From positions 1 through 64,000 of IMG/VR virus record IMGVR_UViG_3300042868_003730: 64,000 nt of DNA, one strand, 5' to 3'. Positions 54,566 to 63,660 of this stretch are shown here, piece after piece; within the stretch, counting starts at the first letter, position 1, and the number at the start of each line of letters is the position of its first letter. The translations under genes were made by a program, and so were the position numbers. The stretch comes from a virus. The notes under the pieces are model-generated. The model did no database searches and was not told the DNA's origin. It worked only from the letters and a program-made list of their open reading frames with translations.

Positions 54566-55543
54566 ATGATTAAGAAAACTAAATTAAAACTAACTGACGA
54601 ACGTCAATTCTTCAAGCCATTCTCTTATCCATGGTGCTATGATGCGTTTATGCAATCAGAGCAAATGCATTGGTTGCCTGCAGAGGCTCCGATGTTGGAG
54701 GATGTGAAGGACTGGAAGAATAAGTTAACTGAGAATGAGAAGCGATTCTTGACTCATATCTTCCGATTTTTCACGCAGGGCGACATTGACGTCTCTGGTG
54801 CTTATGTAAAGAACTATCTACCGAACTTCCCTCAGCCAGAAGTTCGAATGATGTTGAGCAGTTTCTGCGCACGTGAGGCGATTCACGTTGCTGCCTATTC
54901 TCACTTGATTGAGACGCTAGGCATGCCAGAAACTACTTACAATGAATTCCTGCAGTATAAAGAGATGCAGGACAAGCACGATTTCATTGCTAGTTTTATT
55001 GAAGAAGACTCCGACACAATTGCTCAACAGATTGCTGTGTTCTCGGCATTTACTGAAGGTCTGCAGTTGTTTAGTTCTTTTGTTATGTTGTTGAACTTTG
55101 CTCGATTCGGTAAGATGAAAGGAATGGGTCAGATCATTGCCTGGTCTATTGCTGATGAATCTCTGCATTGTGAGTCCATGATCAAGTTGTTCCGTGAGTT
55201 TATCAAGGAGAACAAGGATATCTGGAATGATGAATTAAAATCACAAATATATACTGTAGCAGAGAAGATGGTTGAGTTAGAAGATAATTTCATTGACCTG
55301 GCATTTGGGGTTACTGAAATGGAAGGTCTAACTAAAGAAGATGTTAAGCAATATATTCGTTACATTGCTGATCGTCGTCTAATCTCTCTTGGTATGAAGG
55401 GGATTTTCAAAGTAAAGAAGAACCCTCTTCCATGGGTTGATGGCATGCTCGGTACTACTCATACAAATTTCTTTGAGAACAAGAGTACTGATTACGCCAA
55501 GGGTGCATTGACTGGCTCGTGGGAAGATGTCTGGTCAAAATAA
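54566..55543 (+). CDS. nrdB: Class I ribonucleotide reductase beta subunit
   Basis: FFTQGD, EAIH..AY, EGLQLFSSF, DESLH, NFFE; start moved to ATG 54566. Confidence 0.96.
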   Translation: MIKKTKLKLTDERQFFKPFSYPWCYDAFMQSEQMHWLPAEAPMLEDVKDWKNKLTENEKRFLTHIFRFFTQGDIDVSGAYVKNYLPNFPQPEVRMMLSSFCAREAIHVAAYSHLIETLGMPETTYNEFLQYKEMQDKHDFIASFIEEDSDTIAQQIAVFSAFTEGLQLFSSFVMLLNFARFGKMKGMGQIIAWSIADESLHCESMIKLFREFIKENKDIWNDELKSQIYTVAEKMVELEDNFIDLAFGVTEMEGLTKEDVKQYIRYIADRRLISLGMKGIFKVKKNPLPWVDGMLGTTHTNFFENKSTDYAKGALTGSWEDVWSK

Positions 55544-55554
55544 GGATAATAACA

Positions 55555-55704
55555 ATGCAGAAGATCAATTTCGAGTGTGAGAGCTGTGATGCGAAGGGAA
55601 CTATCAGATTACCTTCGGAGTGTGATGGTTATAGAATAGAGGTCTGTCCTTGTTGTGCTGGTCCATTAGATATGGACGAGGACTACGAAGATGACGAAGA
55701 ATAA
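55555..55704 (+). CDS. Small zinc-ribbon protein
   Basis: CESC..CPCC, AAGGA SD. Confidence 0.7.
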   Translation: MQKINFECESCDAKGTIRLPSECDGYRIEVCPCCAGPLDMDEDYEDDEE

Positions 55705-56110
55705 TGGCTGGCATCTACTAGACGGCACTGTTCTCGAAACTCCTCCAACTGACGCAGTAGGGTTTGTTTACCGCATAACTCGGATCTCTGATGGTAAGTT
55801 TTACATCGGTAAAAAGAAACTTACCTTCAAACGATCTAAGATGGTAAAGGGCAAAAGGAAACGATTTACTATCGATTCTGATTGGCTAACCTACTACGGC
55901 AGTTCAGAAGAACTTAAAAATGATGTCAAATCTCTCGGAGAGGATTCGTTTCTCCGAGAGATTCTCCACATGTGTACTACTTTGAGTCAATGTAATTACC
56001 TCGAGACTATGGAGATCTTTAGTAATAGGTGTCTATTACGGGAAGATTGCTACAACTCCTGGGTATCCTGTAAAATTCATAAGAAACACGTCCTTGGAAA
56101 GATGCTTTAA
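55691..56110 (+). CDS. GIY-YIG endonuclease
   Basis: GFVYRIT..FYIGKK, YYGSS, REIL, YLE, YN. Confidence 0.85.
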   Translation: MTKNNGWHLLDGTVLETPPTDAVGFVYRITRISDGKFYIGKKKLTFKRSKMVKGKRKRFTIDSDWLTYYGSSEELKNDVKSLGEDSFLREILHMCTTLSQCNYLETMEIFSNRCLLREDCYNSWVSCKIHKKHVLGKML

Positions 56111-56116
56111 GTTTAT

Positions 56117-56145
56117 TTTACATCTATACATATATCAGGCATAAT
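56117..56145 (+). promoter_or_regulatory. sigma70-type promoter of the modification cluster
   Basis: TTTACA-17nt-CATAAT, GAGG SD downstream. Confidence 0.65.
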
Positions 56146-56171
56146 TACTGAATCGTAACCTGAGGTGAAAA

Positions 56172-57524
56172 ATGGTAAGAAAAATTGTAGCAAATGAAGT
56201 TTATGACTCCAAGCATCTGCTGGGGACTTTCCTTGATGAATCTAATTACGATATTCTAATTGAGGAAGATTGTGATGTTTATGCACCTGCTGGATGCGAT
56301 CTAGCAACAACAGTTGATTGTAAGCCGCAATCTGATTGCGCAGAATGCCCTAAAGGTATTTCCGAAGATAGGGTTGCTTTCAAATTCCGAAAGAACTACT
56401 TCAGCAAGGAACAGCAACAAGCAGCCTATGAAGGTCTGCGTGCTGCAGCAACTCCGACTAATAATCGTGGTACAGCAGCGGGTACTGTTCGCGTCGGTAA
56501 GGCAGGTAATCGTGAGTGGGTCACGGAATACCAGGAAGCAGTAATCAAATACTTTGCTAAACCTTATACCACTATTACTGGTGAAGATCCGCTCGAAGAA
56601 CTATTTGCTAGGAAAGAGCAGATGGCTGAACCTGGTACCATAAACACAGTATGGAGAACAGGTGCTCCGATTGTGTTTGAAGAGTGGGTCGAAGCAACCA
56701 GAAAACTACCAGCAGAAAAACAAAAGTTAGCAGCGAAAAATATCCTTGAGGATAACATCTCAGCTACTACCTACGCCAATGAAGTGCTTAGTGGAATTGC
56801 TGGTGCTTTCGGAAGAACTCCCCGAGTTCCATTCGGTCGTCTTGCTGCATACAATGAGCGCAATCCAGATATGTTTGAAAGAGGTGTGCCATTCCTGCAG
56901 ACACTTGATCGGGCATTTTCTGAACTTATGCCAGAACGCCACGGAGCGCAAAAGAACTTTGTTGATTCATTGGATGAACATTTCCGAATCGCAGATACGG
57001 TGTTCACCACACTGACTATCAATAAGACGTTCCGTACTGCTGCTCACCTTGACGCAGGTGATTATGGCCCAGGATTCTCTAATCTTCTTGTTCTTTCAAA
57101 CGATGGTGATTTCACTGGTGGTTACTTGATTCTTCCTGAGTTTAGGATTGCAGTTAATGTTCGACCTGGCGATCTGTTGCTGATTGCAAACCATACTGCG
57201 ATTCACGGAAACACTCCGATCGTTCTTGGCTCAGAAGCCAGTGAGCGTATCTCCATTGTTGCTTACGCTCGTGAAGATCTTAAGTCACTTGGTACTTGGG
57301 ACTATGAACAGACTCGAAAGAGATACGTTGACAGTTGCAGGGATAATAAAGACCACCCGCACTGGTGGGATCGTTTCACTGGGGTATGGGCAGGAATGTG
57401 GCAATCCAAAGAATGGTATGATTATTTGGTAGCTGCATTGGGTGAAGATGAGGCTCGTGCTAATGACCCAGCTATTTTTGAGATCCACAATAATGGATCA
57501 GTTGGTCTTGAGTCCTTCTTCTGA
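56172..57524 (+). CDS. TET/JBP-like 2-oxoglutarate/Fe(II) dioxygenase
   Basis: FTTLTINK.FRTAAHLDAGD (HxD), GGYLILPE, HGNTPI (distal His), ERISIVAY.RE (2OG Arg). Confidence 0.85.
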   Translation: MVRKIVANEVYDSKHLLGTFLDESNYDILIEEDCDVYAPAGCDLATTVDCKPQSDCAECPKGISEDRVAFKFRKNYFSKEQQQAAYEGLRAAATPTNNRGTAAGTVRVGKAGNREWVTEYQEAVIKYFAKPYTTITGEDPLEELFARKEQMAEPGTINTVWRTGAPIVFEEWVEATRKLPAEKQKLAAKNILEDNISATTYANEVLSGIAGAFGRTPRVPFGRLAAYNERNPDMFERGVPFLQTLDRAFSELMPERHGAQKNFVDSLDEHFRIADTVFTTLTINKTFRTAAHLDAGDYGPGFSNLLVLSNDGDFTGGYLILPEFRIAVNVRPGDLLLIANHTAIHGNTPIVLGSEASERISIVAYAREDLKSLGTWDYEQTRKRYVDSCRDNKDHPHWWDRFTGVWAGMWQSKEWYDYLVAALGEDEARANDPAIFEIHNNGSVGLESFF

Positions 57525-58204
57525 TGTGTGCAGTTATTGGCGCAACAATTAAGAATCCAAGTAGCGCAGATTTTCAAACACTGAAAAGAGTATTCCACGA
57601 ATCCCGCATTCGTGGAATGCACGCTACTGGATTATCATACGTCAAGAACAATAAAATCCACACAAACAAACTTCCAGTATCTGCTGATAAGTTTCCCTTT
57701 GATTGGGATGATTATGTCAATGAAGATGGCAATCTTTATTTGGTGGGTCACTGTCGTTACTCAACTTCAGACCTGCAATATAATCAACCCATTAACAATG
57801 ATACTATATCAGTAGTTCATAATGGTGTGGTGACACAAGAGTCACCAGAGAGCTGGAAAGATAATTATGGTTATGACTGCGTAACAAAGAATGATACTGA
57901 GTTGATCCTTAAATCATTAGAGGCAGATGAATCTCCTCTTGAGCACTGGTCAGAATCATCTCTGGCTGTTTGTGAACTATGGAATGATAAGAAGATTCGG
58001 TTCTACCGAAATGGAAAGCGACCAATTTATTTTACTTCAGTCGATCGCGGAACTATAATTACTTCTACGCGAGATATTGCTATTCGCTCTGGTTTAACTA
58101 ATACCACTGAACTTCCGTATAATACATACGCCACAATTAAGAGTGATGGACTAATTATGGAACAAGTAAGTGTAAACAATAAAGACTTACAGCATACACT
58201 ATGA
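57524..58204 (+). CDS. Class II (Ntn) glutamine amidotransferase
   Basis: N-terminal Cys2, RG.HATG, GHCRYST, HNG, NDTE. Confidence 0.88.
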   Translation: MCAVIGATIKNPSSADFQTLKRVFHESRIRGMHATGLSYVKNNKIHTNKLPVSADKFPFDWDDYVNEDGNLYLVGHCRYSTSDLQYNQPINNDTISVVHNGVVTQESPESWKDNYGYDCVTKNDTELILKSLEADESPLEHWSESSLAVCELWNDKKIRFYRNGKRPIYFTSVDRGTIITSTRDIAIRSGLTNTTELPYNTYATIKSDGLIMEQVSVNNKDLQHTL

Positions 58205-59079
58205 CAAAATACAATCCCAGTAACTTTACGTATGGTATGGAAATAGAGTGGGGTGATGTTCCTCGCTCTTTTGCGATTCCGGATAACCTTGGGTCGTGGG
58301 AATATTCTGAACGGGATATTATAAACCTAAGAGAACCATATCAATATGTCTGCGCTGATCCTCTTGGTGAGACACCACCAGTAGGAGGTGAGATCAACAC
58401 AAAGCCAACTAAAACTTGGCAAGAGCAGGTTGCTCGATACTTTGAGTTGAAAGAATTGTTTGAGTCAAATGGATCTTCTCCTACAGTTGGTGTAACTGCT
58501 CATACGCACATTCACTGTCGTGTTCCTGGGTTGAAGGATGATATCAATGCTCTAAAGTCTTTGACGAAATATATCAAAGAAAATCAGGCAGCAGCTATTG
58601 ATCGAATCTATGGGTTCTACGAACATAATCAGATGAAGGGTGCTAAGGGTGCCAAGATGTATTTGAAGTTCGATGGTGGTCGCCCAATGCCAGATTATAT
58701 GAGCGATAACATTATCAGCAAGGCAACTGACTTCGATTCATTCATCAAGATGCACGCTGCTGGTAAAGATGGTGTATCAATGGGTAGGCCATTTAGATTT
58801 GCCATCAATATGTATGCATTGAAGCATATTGACACAGTAGAGTTTAGGTTGTTCCGTGGTACATTTGACAGAAACCAACTTGAGTCTTGTTTCCGTTTTG
58901 TTCAAGACTTTCTTGATGCTGCGTTGAACGATGGTCCAACTGTTGATGAGTTGTTCTCAAACAATAATTACAATTTCCCTCCAATGATGTGGGATCTAAA
59001 TCAATTCATTGGTTGGGAGAAAACTAAACACCCAGAAGATCGTGGTAAGAAAGTAAGGACATTCGTTGAAGTTATCTAA
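58201..59079 (+). CDS. Amidoligase (COOH-NH2 ligase) family enzyme
   Basis: YGMEIE, GEIN, HTHIH, AIN, TVEFRLFRGT. Confidence 0.8.
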   Translation: MTKYNPSNFTYGMEIEWGDVPRSFAIPDNLGSWEYSERDIINLREPYQYVCADPLGETPPVGGEINTKPTKTWQEQVARYFELKELFESNGSSPTVGVTAHTHIHCRVPGLKDDINALKSLTKYIKENQAAAIDRIYGFYEHNQMKGAKGAKMYLKFDGGRPMPDYMSDNIISKATDFDSFIKMHAAGKDGVSMGRPFRFAINMYALKHIDTVEFRLFRGTFDRNQLESCFRFVQDFLDAALNDGPTVDELFSNNNYNFPPMMWDLNQFIGWEKTKHPEDRGKKVRTFVEVI

Positions 59080-59623
59080 ATGCACACGAGATAAATTTAT
59101 CTCAAGTATTAGCACAGCGAAAGAAGATAATTTTGCTCGCACATTTGTCGCTAAGGCAGATATGCAAGAACAGTGGGATTATTGTCTCGGGTTGTTTGAT
59201 AATACAGGAGATCTTATGGCAGCAATCATTACCACAATCTCCAAAAGGAAACCATTCGTAGCCAACCTTCAATTGTTGCATACATTCGCTAAGCATAGAG
59301 GGCAGGGTGCAGCTAGGTTGCTTTGTGAGCAATCTTTACTGAATGTAAAGAATCACGGAGCTGAGTATTTCCGAGTTTCTTCTGAGATCAATGCTGTTGC
59401 ATTCTATGAGAAGATAGGTTTCAAGTTTTGGGGAAAACAAAAGAGTGGTTGCCAACTTTCGATATTCCGAATTGATGGCGGCACATTCGCTGAGGGTGAT
59501 TATGATTATTATGATTCAATGATCCATAACGCAATCCATAAAAAAGGTAAGGGTGGGTGCGTTGAACTATTTGATATTGCAAAGAATAAAGACAATGGTC
59601 TTCAAGAGTTATTCTCAGCATGA
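59066..59623 (+). CDS. GNAT acetyltransferase
   Basis: HRGQGAA acetyl-CoA motif A, AVAFYEKIGF. Confidence 0.88.
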   Translation: MKLSKCTRDKFISSISTAKEDNFARTFVAKADMQEQWDYCLGLFDNTGDLMAAIITTISKRKPFVANLQLLHTFAKHRGQGAARLLCEQSLLNVKNHGAEYFRVSSEINAVAFYEKIGFKFWGKQKSGCQLSIFRIDGGTFAEGDYDYYDSMIHNAIHKKGKGGCVELFDIAKNKDNGLQELFSA

Positions 59624-60633
59624 ATCATAAAGAACTTCCAAGAGAATCATTTATTCGTTGGTATGCCTGGTCATTAAAATATAATGATTGTGACCCAGCT
59701 GTGTGGGCAACAAATTATCTAAACAAAAGATTCGAGCATAACTCTGAACAGAAACTGTGGCTCGCGTGGTTATACGGAAACACCTATCATCTGCCTACTG
59801 CTTGGGTTCTAATGAATGAGTTTCCTGATTTTGAATTAGCAACAGTTGACCGAACTACTCAATGGAATACTGCTAACTATAAAAGATTACGTTATCAGAC
59901 AGATACAAAATGGAACAAAGGACATCTACCAGTGATGTTCAAATCCTATCAAGAATTTATAGGTGAAGGAAGTCAACATGACCGTATTGAATCATACTAT
60001 GCTGGAAATGCGAAAGAAAATTTTGATTCTTTGTGGAATGTACTTAAAGGAAACCTTCATAAGTTTGGTCGTTATTCTACTTGGTTTTATATGCAGCATC
60101 TCAAACATACTGCTAGTGTTAATGTCGAGCCTACTTCTCTCATGTTGGATGATTATGATGGTTCCCGTTCTCATCGTAATGGGTTACTTATGGCCATCGG
60201 CAGGAATAACGATTATGATAGGAAACTTAGTACAGCGGAGTATCGAGACCTTGAGTCTATTAGCATTGGAATTATCGATGAGATGAGGGATAGGTTTCCG
60301 GAGTTAAAAGATCAGATTGATTTCTTTACAATGGAAACCTGTCTGTGCTCATTTAAGAAAATCTTCAGAGAACACCATGGTCGTTATCTTGGTTACTACT
60401 TAGATCGGCAGGCTGAAGAGATTATGCAATGCGAGAAAGATGGCTGGCATGGTATTGACTGGGAAGTTCTTTGGCAAGCAAGGAATGAAACAATTGATTC
60501 GCGATTGAACAATAAGAGAGGTATTATCAAAGAAAAGTTTACTTCTTTTGTTAGAGAAGGTAAGATTGATAATCTCGAGTGGATGTTCGATGATGAAGAA
60601 TGTAGTAATGTTAGTTTGGAGAAATTCTTATGA
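59620..60633 (+). CDS. aGPT-Pplase2-like amino acid:DNA transferase
   Basis: WLYGNTY, FGRYSTWFY, SHRNGL, METCLCSFKK, RYLGYY motifs; operon context. Confidence 0.78.
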   Translation: MNHKELPRESFIRWYAWSLKYNDCDPAVWATNYLNKRFEHNSEQKLWLAWLYGNTYHLPTAWVLMNEFPDFELATVDRTTQWNTANYKRLRYQTDTKWNKGHLPVMFKSYQEFIGEGSQHDRIESYYAGNAKENFDSLWNVLKGNLHKFGRYSTWFYMQHLKHTASVNVEPTSLMLDDYDGSRSHRNGLLMAIGRNNDYDRKLSTAEYRDLESISIGIIDEMRDRFPELKDQIDFFTMETCLCSFKKIFREHHGRYLGYYLDRQAEEIMQCEKDGWHGIDWEVLWQARNETIDSRLNNKRGIIKEKFTSFVREGKIDNLEWMFDDEECSNVSLEKFL

Positions 60634-61175
60634 GAAAAATCGTAGCAGTTGGTGGTCAACCAGGAACAGGTAAAACTACTCTATTCCGTAAATTTATGGA
60701 AGATAAAACCTGGGAGAAGGTTGAGCCAAAGAAAATGCTTCCTGCTCTTTACTGCAAGGAACTTGATCTTTATGTTCTGGGTAAGTATGAAGAGGGTGAG
60801 ACGTTTGCTGGTACTGACCGATTAAGTATGGCTGTGCAGCCAATCGCTCAGTGTTTTGTTACTGAGACTAAATCGAATGTCTTGTTTGAAGGTGATCGAA
60901 TCTTTAATCAGTCCTTTCTGGAATTCGCTATGGCTCTTCCGGAAGTTGATCTTCAGGTTATCTATCTTAAGGTTTCGCCAGAAACCCTGACTCAACGATA
61001 CGCCGATAGAGGATCAGATCAGTCAGAGACTTTCCTAAAGGGAAGAGCCACTAAATATAATAACATACTTTCAAATTTTGAATTGATGCCCTATATTAAT
61101 GAGTTCGTGAACACTACATTAGAAGATCAATTGAAAGTTATCAAATTTATGGAAAATCATTTAATAGGTAAATAA
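60630..61175 (+). CDS. P-loop nucleotide kinase (candidate hydroxymethyl-base DNA kinase)
   Basis: GGQPGTGKTT, GTDRLS, FEGDR, R..RGS.Q. Confidence 0.82.
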   Translation: MRKIVAVGGQPGTGKTTLFRKFMEDKTWEKVEPKKMLPALYCKELDLYVLGKYEEGETFAGTDRLSMAVQPIAQCFVTETKSNVLFEGDRIFNQSFLEFAMALPEVDLQVIYLKVSPETLTQRYADRGSDQSETFLKGRATKYNNILSNFELMPYINEFVNTTLEDQLKVIKFMENHLIGK

Positions 61176-62267
61176 ATGCTTTCGCTAAAACAATATATAT
61201 CCGAGACAGAAAATAAAATGGCAGCATCTATCAAAAAGAAATTACTGACTCCGTCAAAGTTTGGCTTAAACACAATGAAGCCCATGACTTCGAGTCAAAT
61301 AGTGACTGTTGCCAGAAAGAGATTAATGTCGTTGGATATATCAGATGATGCTAAAAAATTATGTAATTATATAATTGATCAATCCATTGCTGGTAAAGAT
61401 AGTTTCCCTGCAAAATTTAGTGGTGTTTCTAATGAAGATCTTGGTGTTATAACTTCTGACTTCGGTGAGGTTGCTGGCGCCATTTACATGCTAAACTCCA
61501 AAATGGGTTACACTCATGCTAGATTTCCAATTGGAGAGAATGAGCGTCTCGTAGATTACTATCTTGTTAGGGATGGTATTGATGAGAAGATTTCTGCTAA
61601 AGCAGGTCAGGGTGGTGCACCTGCTCTTACTGCTGTAGAGAAAGCATTAGGAGATATTGACACCAAAATACTAAACGATACACAAAAGAAAGCATTAAGT
61701 GTCTTGGACTTTATCAATAAGGGTACTGTTTACGGTGGTGTTCTTGAAGCAGCTAAATTTCTTAAGATGCCTGGGTATAAGGCATTGATATCGATCTTGT
61801 CCAGAAAAGATTTGAAGACTGGTTATAATGCACCAAACATCCCTGACCAACAAGATCTTATCAGAGCTGTTGACGCATGCGGAACTTTTGACTCTTGCAT
61901 GAGTGAGTTCAAGCCTCTGTTCACTGCTGCCAATTTTGTATTAGGTGGTGAGGGTAAGATGAGATCTGTTTTTGATGGAAGCGCAGGATCTAGATATAAG
62001 AAATGGGGCATCCTACACTTTCCAGTTACTAGTGAAGTTATGGGGTGGTTAAATGATCCCGACAATGAAGCAAGAAATTTGTTGACCATGGCTGCTAGAA
62101 CTCTGACAGTTAGTCAGGTTTATTTTGACTATAAATCGAACAATTTTTCATATACAACGAAAACCTTTTCTGACGCTGACTTCAAATTCCATTCTCCGTC
62201 AAGTACACCAAACCCAGTGGGAAACAGAATTGGCATGAAAATGATCAAATCGCCGAAGAAAGAATAA
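61176..62267 (+). CDS. Hypothetical protein, possible PD-(D/E)XK-type nuclease with head-targeting N-terminus
   Basis: MLSLKQYISE; DFGE..FP..N..LVDY..KISAK; TAAATA immediately upstream. Confidence 0.6.
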   Translation: MLSLKQYISETENKMAASIKKKLLTPSKFGLNTMKPMTSSQIVTVARKRLMSLDISDDAKKLCNYIIDQSIAGKDSFPAKFSGVSNEDLGVITSDFGEVAGAIYMLNSKMGYTHARFPIGENERLVDYYLVRDGIDEKISAKAGQGGAPALTAVEKALGDIDTKILNDTQKKALSVLDFINKGTVYGGVLEAAKFLKMPGYKALISILSRKDLKTGYNAPNIPDQQDLIRAVDACGTFDSCMSEFKPLFTAANFVLGGEGKMRSVFDGSAGSRYKKWGILHFPVTSEVMGWLNDPDNEARNLLTMAARTLTVSQVYFDYKSNNFSYTTKTFSDADFKFHSPSSTPNPVGNRIGMKMIKSPKKE

Positions 62268-62320
62268 TTTACTTTTATTCAATTTCGCGGTATAATAACT
62301 TATTGAAGTTTGAAGGAGAA
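62268..62320 (+). promoter_or_regulatory. Early promoter cassette
   Basis: TTTACT-17nt-TATAAT. Confidence 0.85.
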
Positions 62321-62325
62321 ATGAA

Positions 62326-62439
62326 ATGTCCCGTCGCCAATATTGCATGGATCTTATTATTGCTCTTAACCAAGCCAAGGCAGCTGGCGATTTCGTCCGA
62401 GCTGACTACCTTCAACTTTGCATCAATGAGTTGACCTAA
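62326..62439 (+). CDS. 37-aa early hypothetical protein (MSRRQYCMDL...)
   Basis: AAGGAG SD behind promoter; not in ORF track. Confidence 0.55.
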   Translation: MSRRQYCMDLIIALNQAKAAGDFVRADYLQLCINELT

Positions 62440-62693
62440 TGTGGGATAATAAAAAACCACTCAAGGTATTTGGTGTGACTCCCTTGGAGTACCAAATCCT
62501 CACTGTTCTGTACACCATGGATACTGAGGAAGAAATTGAGATCTTCAAGAACAATTTCACTGAACCAGAAAACCGACTCCTCGTAGATCAACTAAAAGTA
62601 GAACTGATCCTCGCTGCGCAGGAAGCATCCTGTCCTGAGATCACCGATGAATACGTTTCGCATATCCTCACTAAGTACAGACTTCCGGTATAG
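62439..62693 (+). CDS. Hypothetical protein
   Basis: TAATG coupling. Confidence 0.65.
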   Translation: MWDNKKPLKVFGVTPLEYQILTVLYTMDTEEEIEIFKNNFTEPENRLLVDQLKVELILAAQEASCPEITDEYVSHILTKYRLPV

Positions 62694-62694
62694 G

Positions 62695-62750
62695 TTTACT
62701 TTTATTCAATTTCGAGGTATAATAACTTATCGAATTGAAAAGGAAAGAAA
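62695..62750 (+). promoter_or_regulatory. Early promoter cassette
   Basis: TTTACT-17nt-TATAAT-aacttatcgaattgaaaaggaaag. Confidence 0.87.
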
Positions 62751-63053
62751 ATGTTTTACGAAGAGATGACCAAAGCCGAAGAACTCCACGGTATCTGGAG
62801 CGACTTCCATAAGGATTATTATGGCTTCCGCCCACGTGGCTATTCTGCTGAACAGTTGCAAGATGAAGCCTGGCTGCAGGAACGCATTGACGAAATCCAT
62901 GCGAGCATTGATCGTCAAAAGGAAACTTTCGCTGGTCGTGAGAATCTCCGCGAACAGGGTTGGTATATCGAAGAAACAGATCCGGTCTATATCCAGAAAG
63001 CCAAGTGGCTGCAGGAAGAACGCGACCGTGAAGAAGCTGAATGGATGAAGTAA
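62751..63053 (+). CDS. Early hypothetical protein (SDFHKDYYGFRPR motif)
   Basis: Behind promoter and SD. Confidence 0.78.
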   Translation: MFYEEMTKAEELHGIWSDFHKDYYGFRPRGYSAEQLQDEAWLQERIDEIHASIDRQKETFAGRENLREQGWYIEETDPVYIQKAKWLQEERDREEAEWMK

Positions 63054-63238
63054 TGGCAACAGAAAGTAAAGAATACCAACAAGGCTATATGGATGGTCTT
63101 GATGGACTTCCATATAAGAATCGTTATCCCGCAGATAGTGTTCAGGGACGAGCATTCCACGCTGGGTGGTTTGCTGGTAATCTAGTTAACAATCGCCGAC
63201 AGTCTGGCGTTCTTCCAGGTGGAAATTTGAATGGCTGA
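63053..63238 (+). CDS. Hypothetical protein
   Basis: TAATG coupling; YQQGYMDG motif. Confidence 0.62.
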   Translation: MATESKEYQQGYMDGLDGLPYKNRYPADSVQGRAFHAGWFAGNLVNNRRQSGVLPGGNLNG

Positions 63239-63641
63239 TATTATTTGTAATCGGATTCGCACCCCAGATGGTACGATCATTGAAAGCAAGAATCGTCATG
63301 ATTATGTATCTCACAAAGATGCCAATGGTCATACCTACGCAGTTGATGGTGGTAAGGATTACCTAAAGCGATCATCTTCAATTGATGCTCCACCAGCTGA
63401 GGAACTCTCTGTGTACTCAGACGATGAGCACTCAGTTATCCGTGAGGTAATGTCCTGGGGAACCTACGGAAAGGAAGGTAAAGATCCGTTCCATTATGTG
63501 CCTCTGAAGGATATGACCTCGGAACATATCCTTGCTTGTCTGAAGAATGTTCCGAATATGCACCCGTCATATAGGGATTCCTTCAAGAGAGAATTGGAAT
63601 TTCGTTTGAATCTACCAGAGATTGACATTACTTTTAATTGA
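63231..63641 (+). CDS. Conserved phage hypothetical protein (RTPDGT..RHDY..VDGG)
   Basis: ORF track. Confidence 0.78.
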   Translation: MADIICNRIRTPDGTIIESKNRHDYVSHKDANGHTYAVDGGKDYLKRSSSIDAPPAEELSVYSDDEHSVIREVMSWGTYGKEGKDPFHYVPLKDMTSEHILACLKNVPNMHPSYRDSFKRELEFRLNLPEIDITFN

Positions 63642-63660
63642 TTATCAGGTATAATATACT

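Noticed and set aside
18556-55543. Introns or inteins in thyX, ligase, primase, nrdA, nrdB
   Set aside because: All are continuous and of ordinary length
12874-62750. Repeated ~55-bp element as a CRISPR array or IS ends
   Set aside because: Copies are dispersed, each sits before a gene and contains -35/-10 boxes and an SD; no regular spacers, cas or transposase genes
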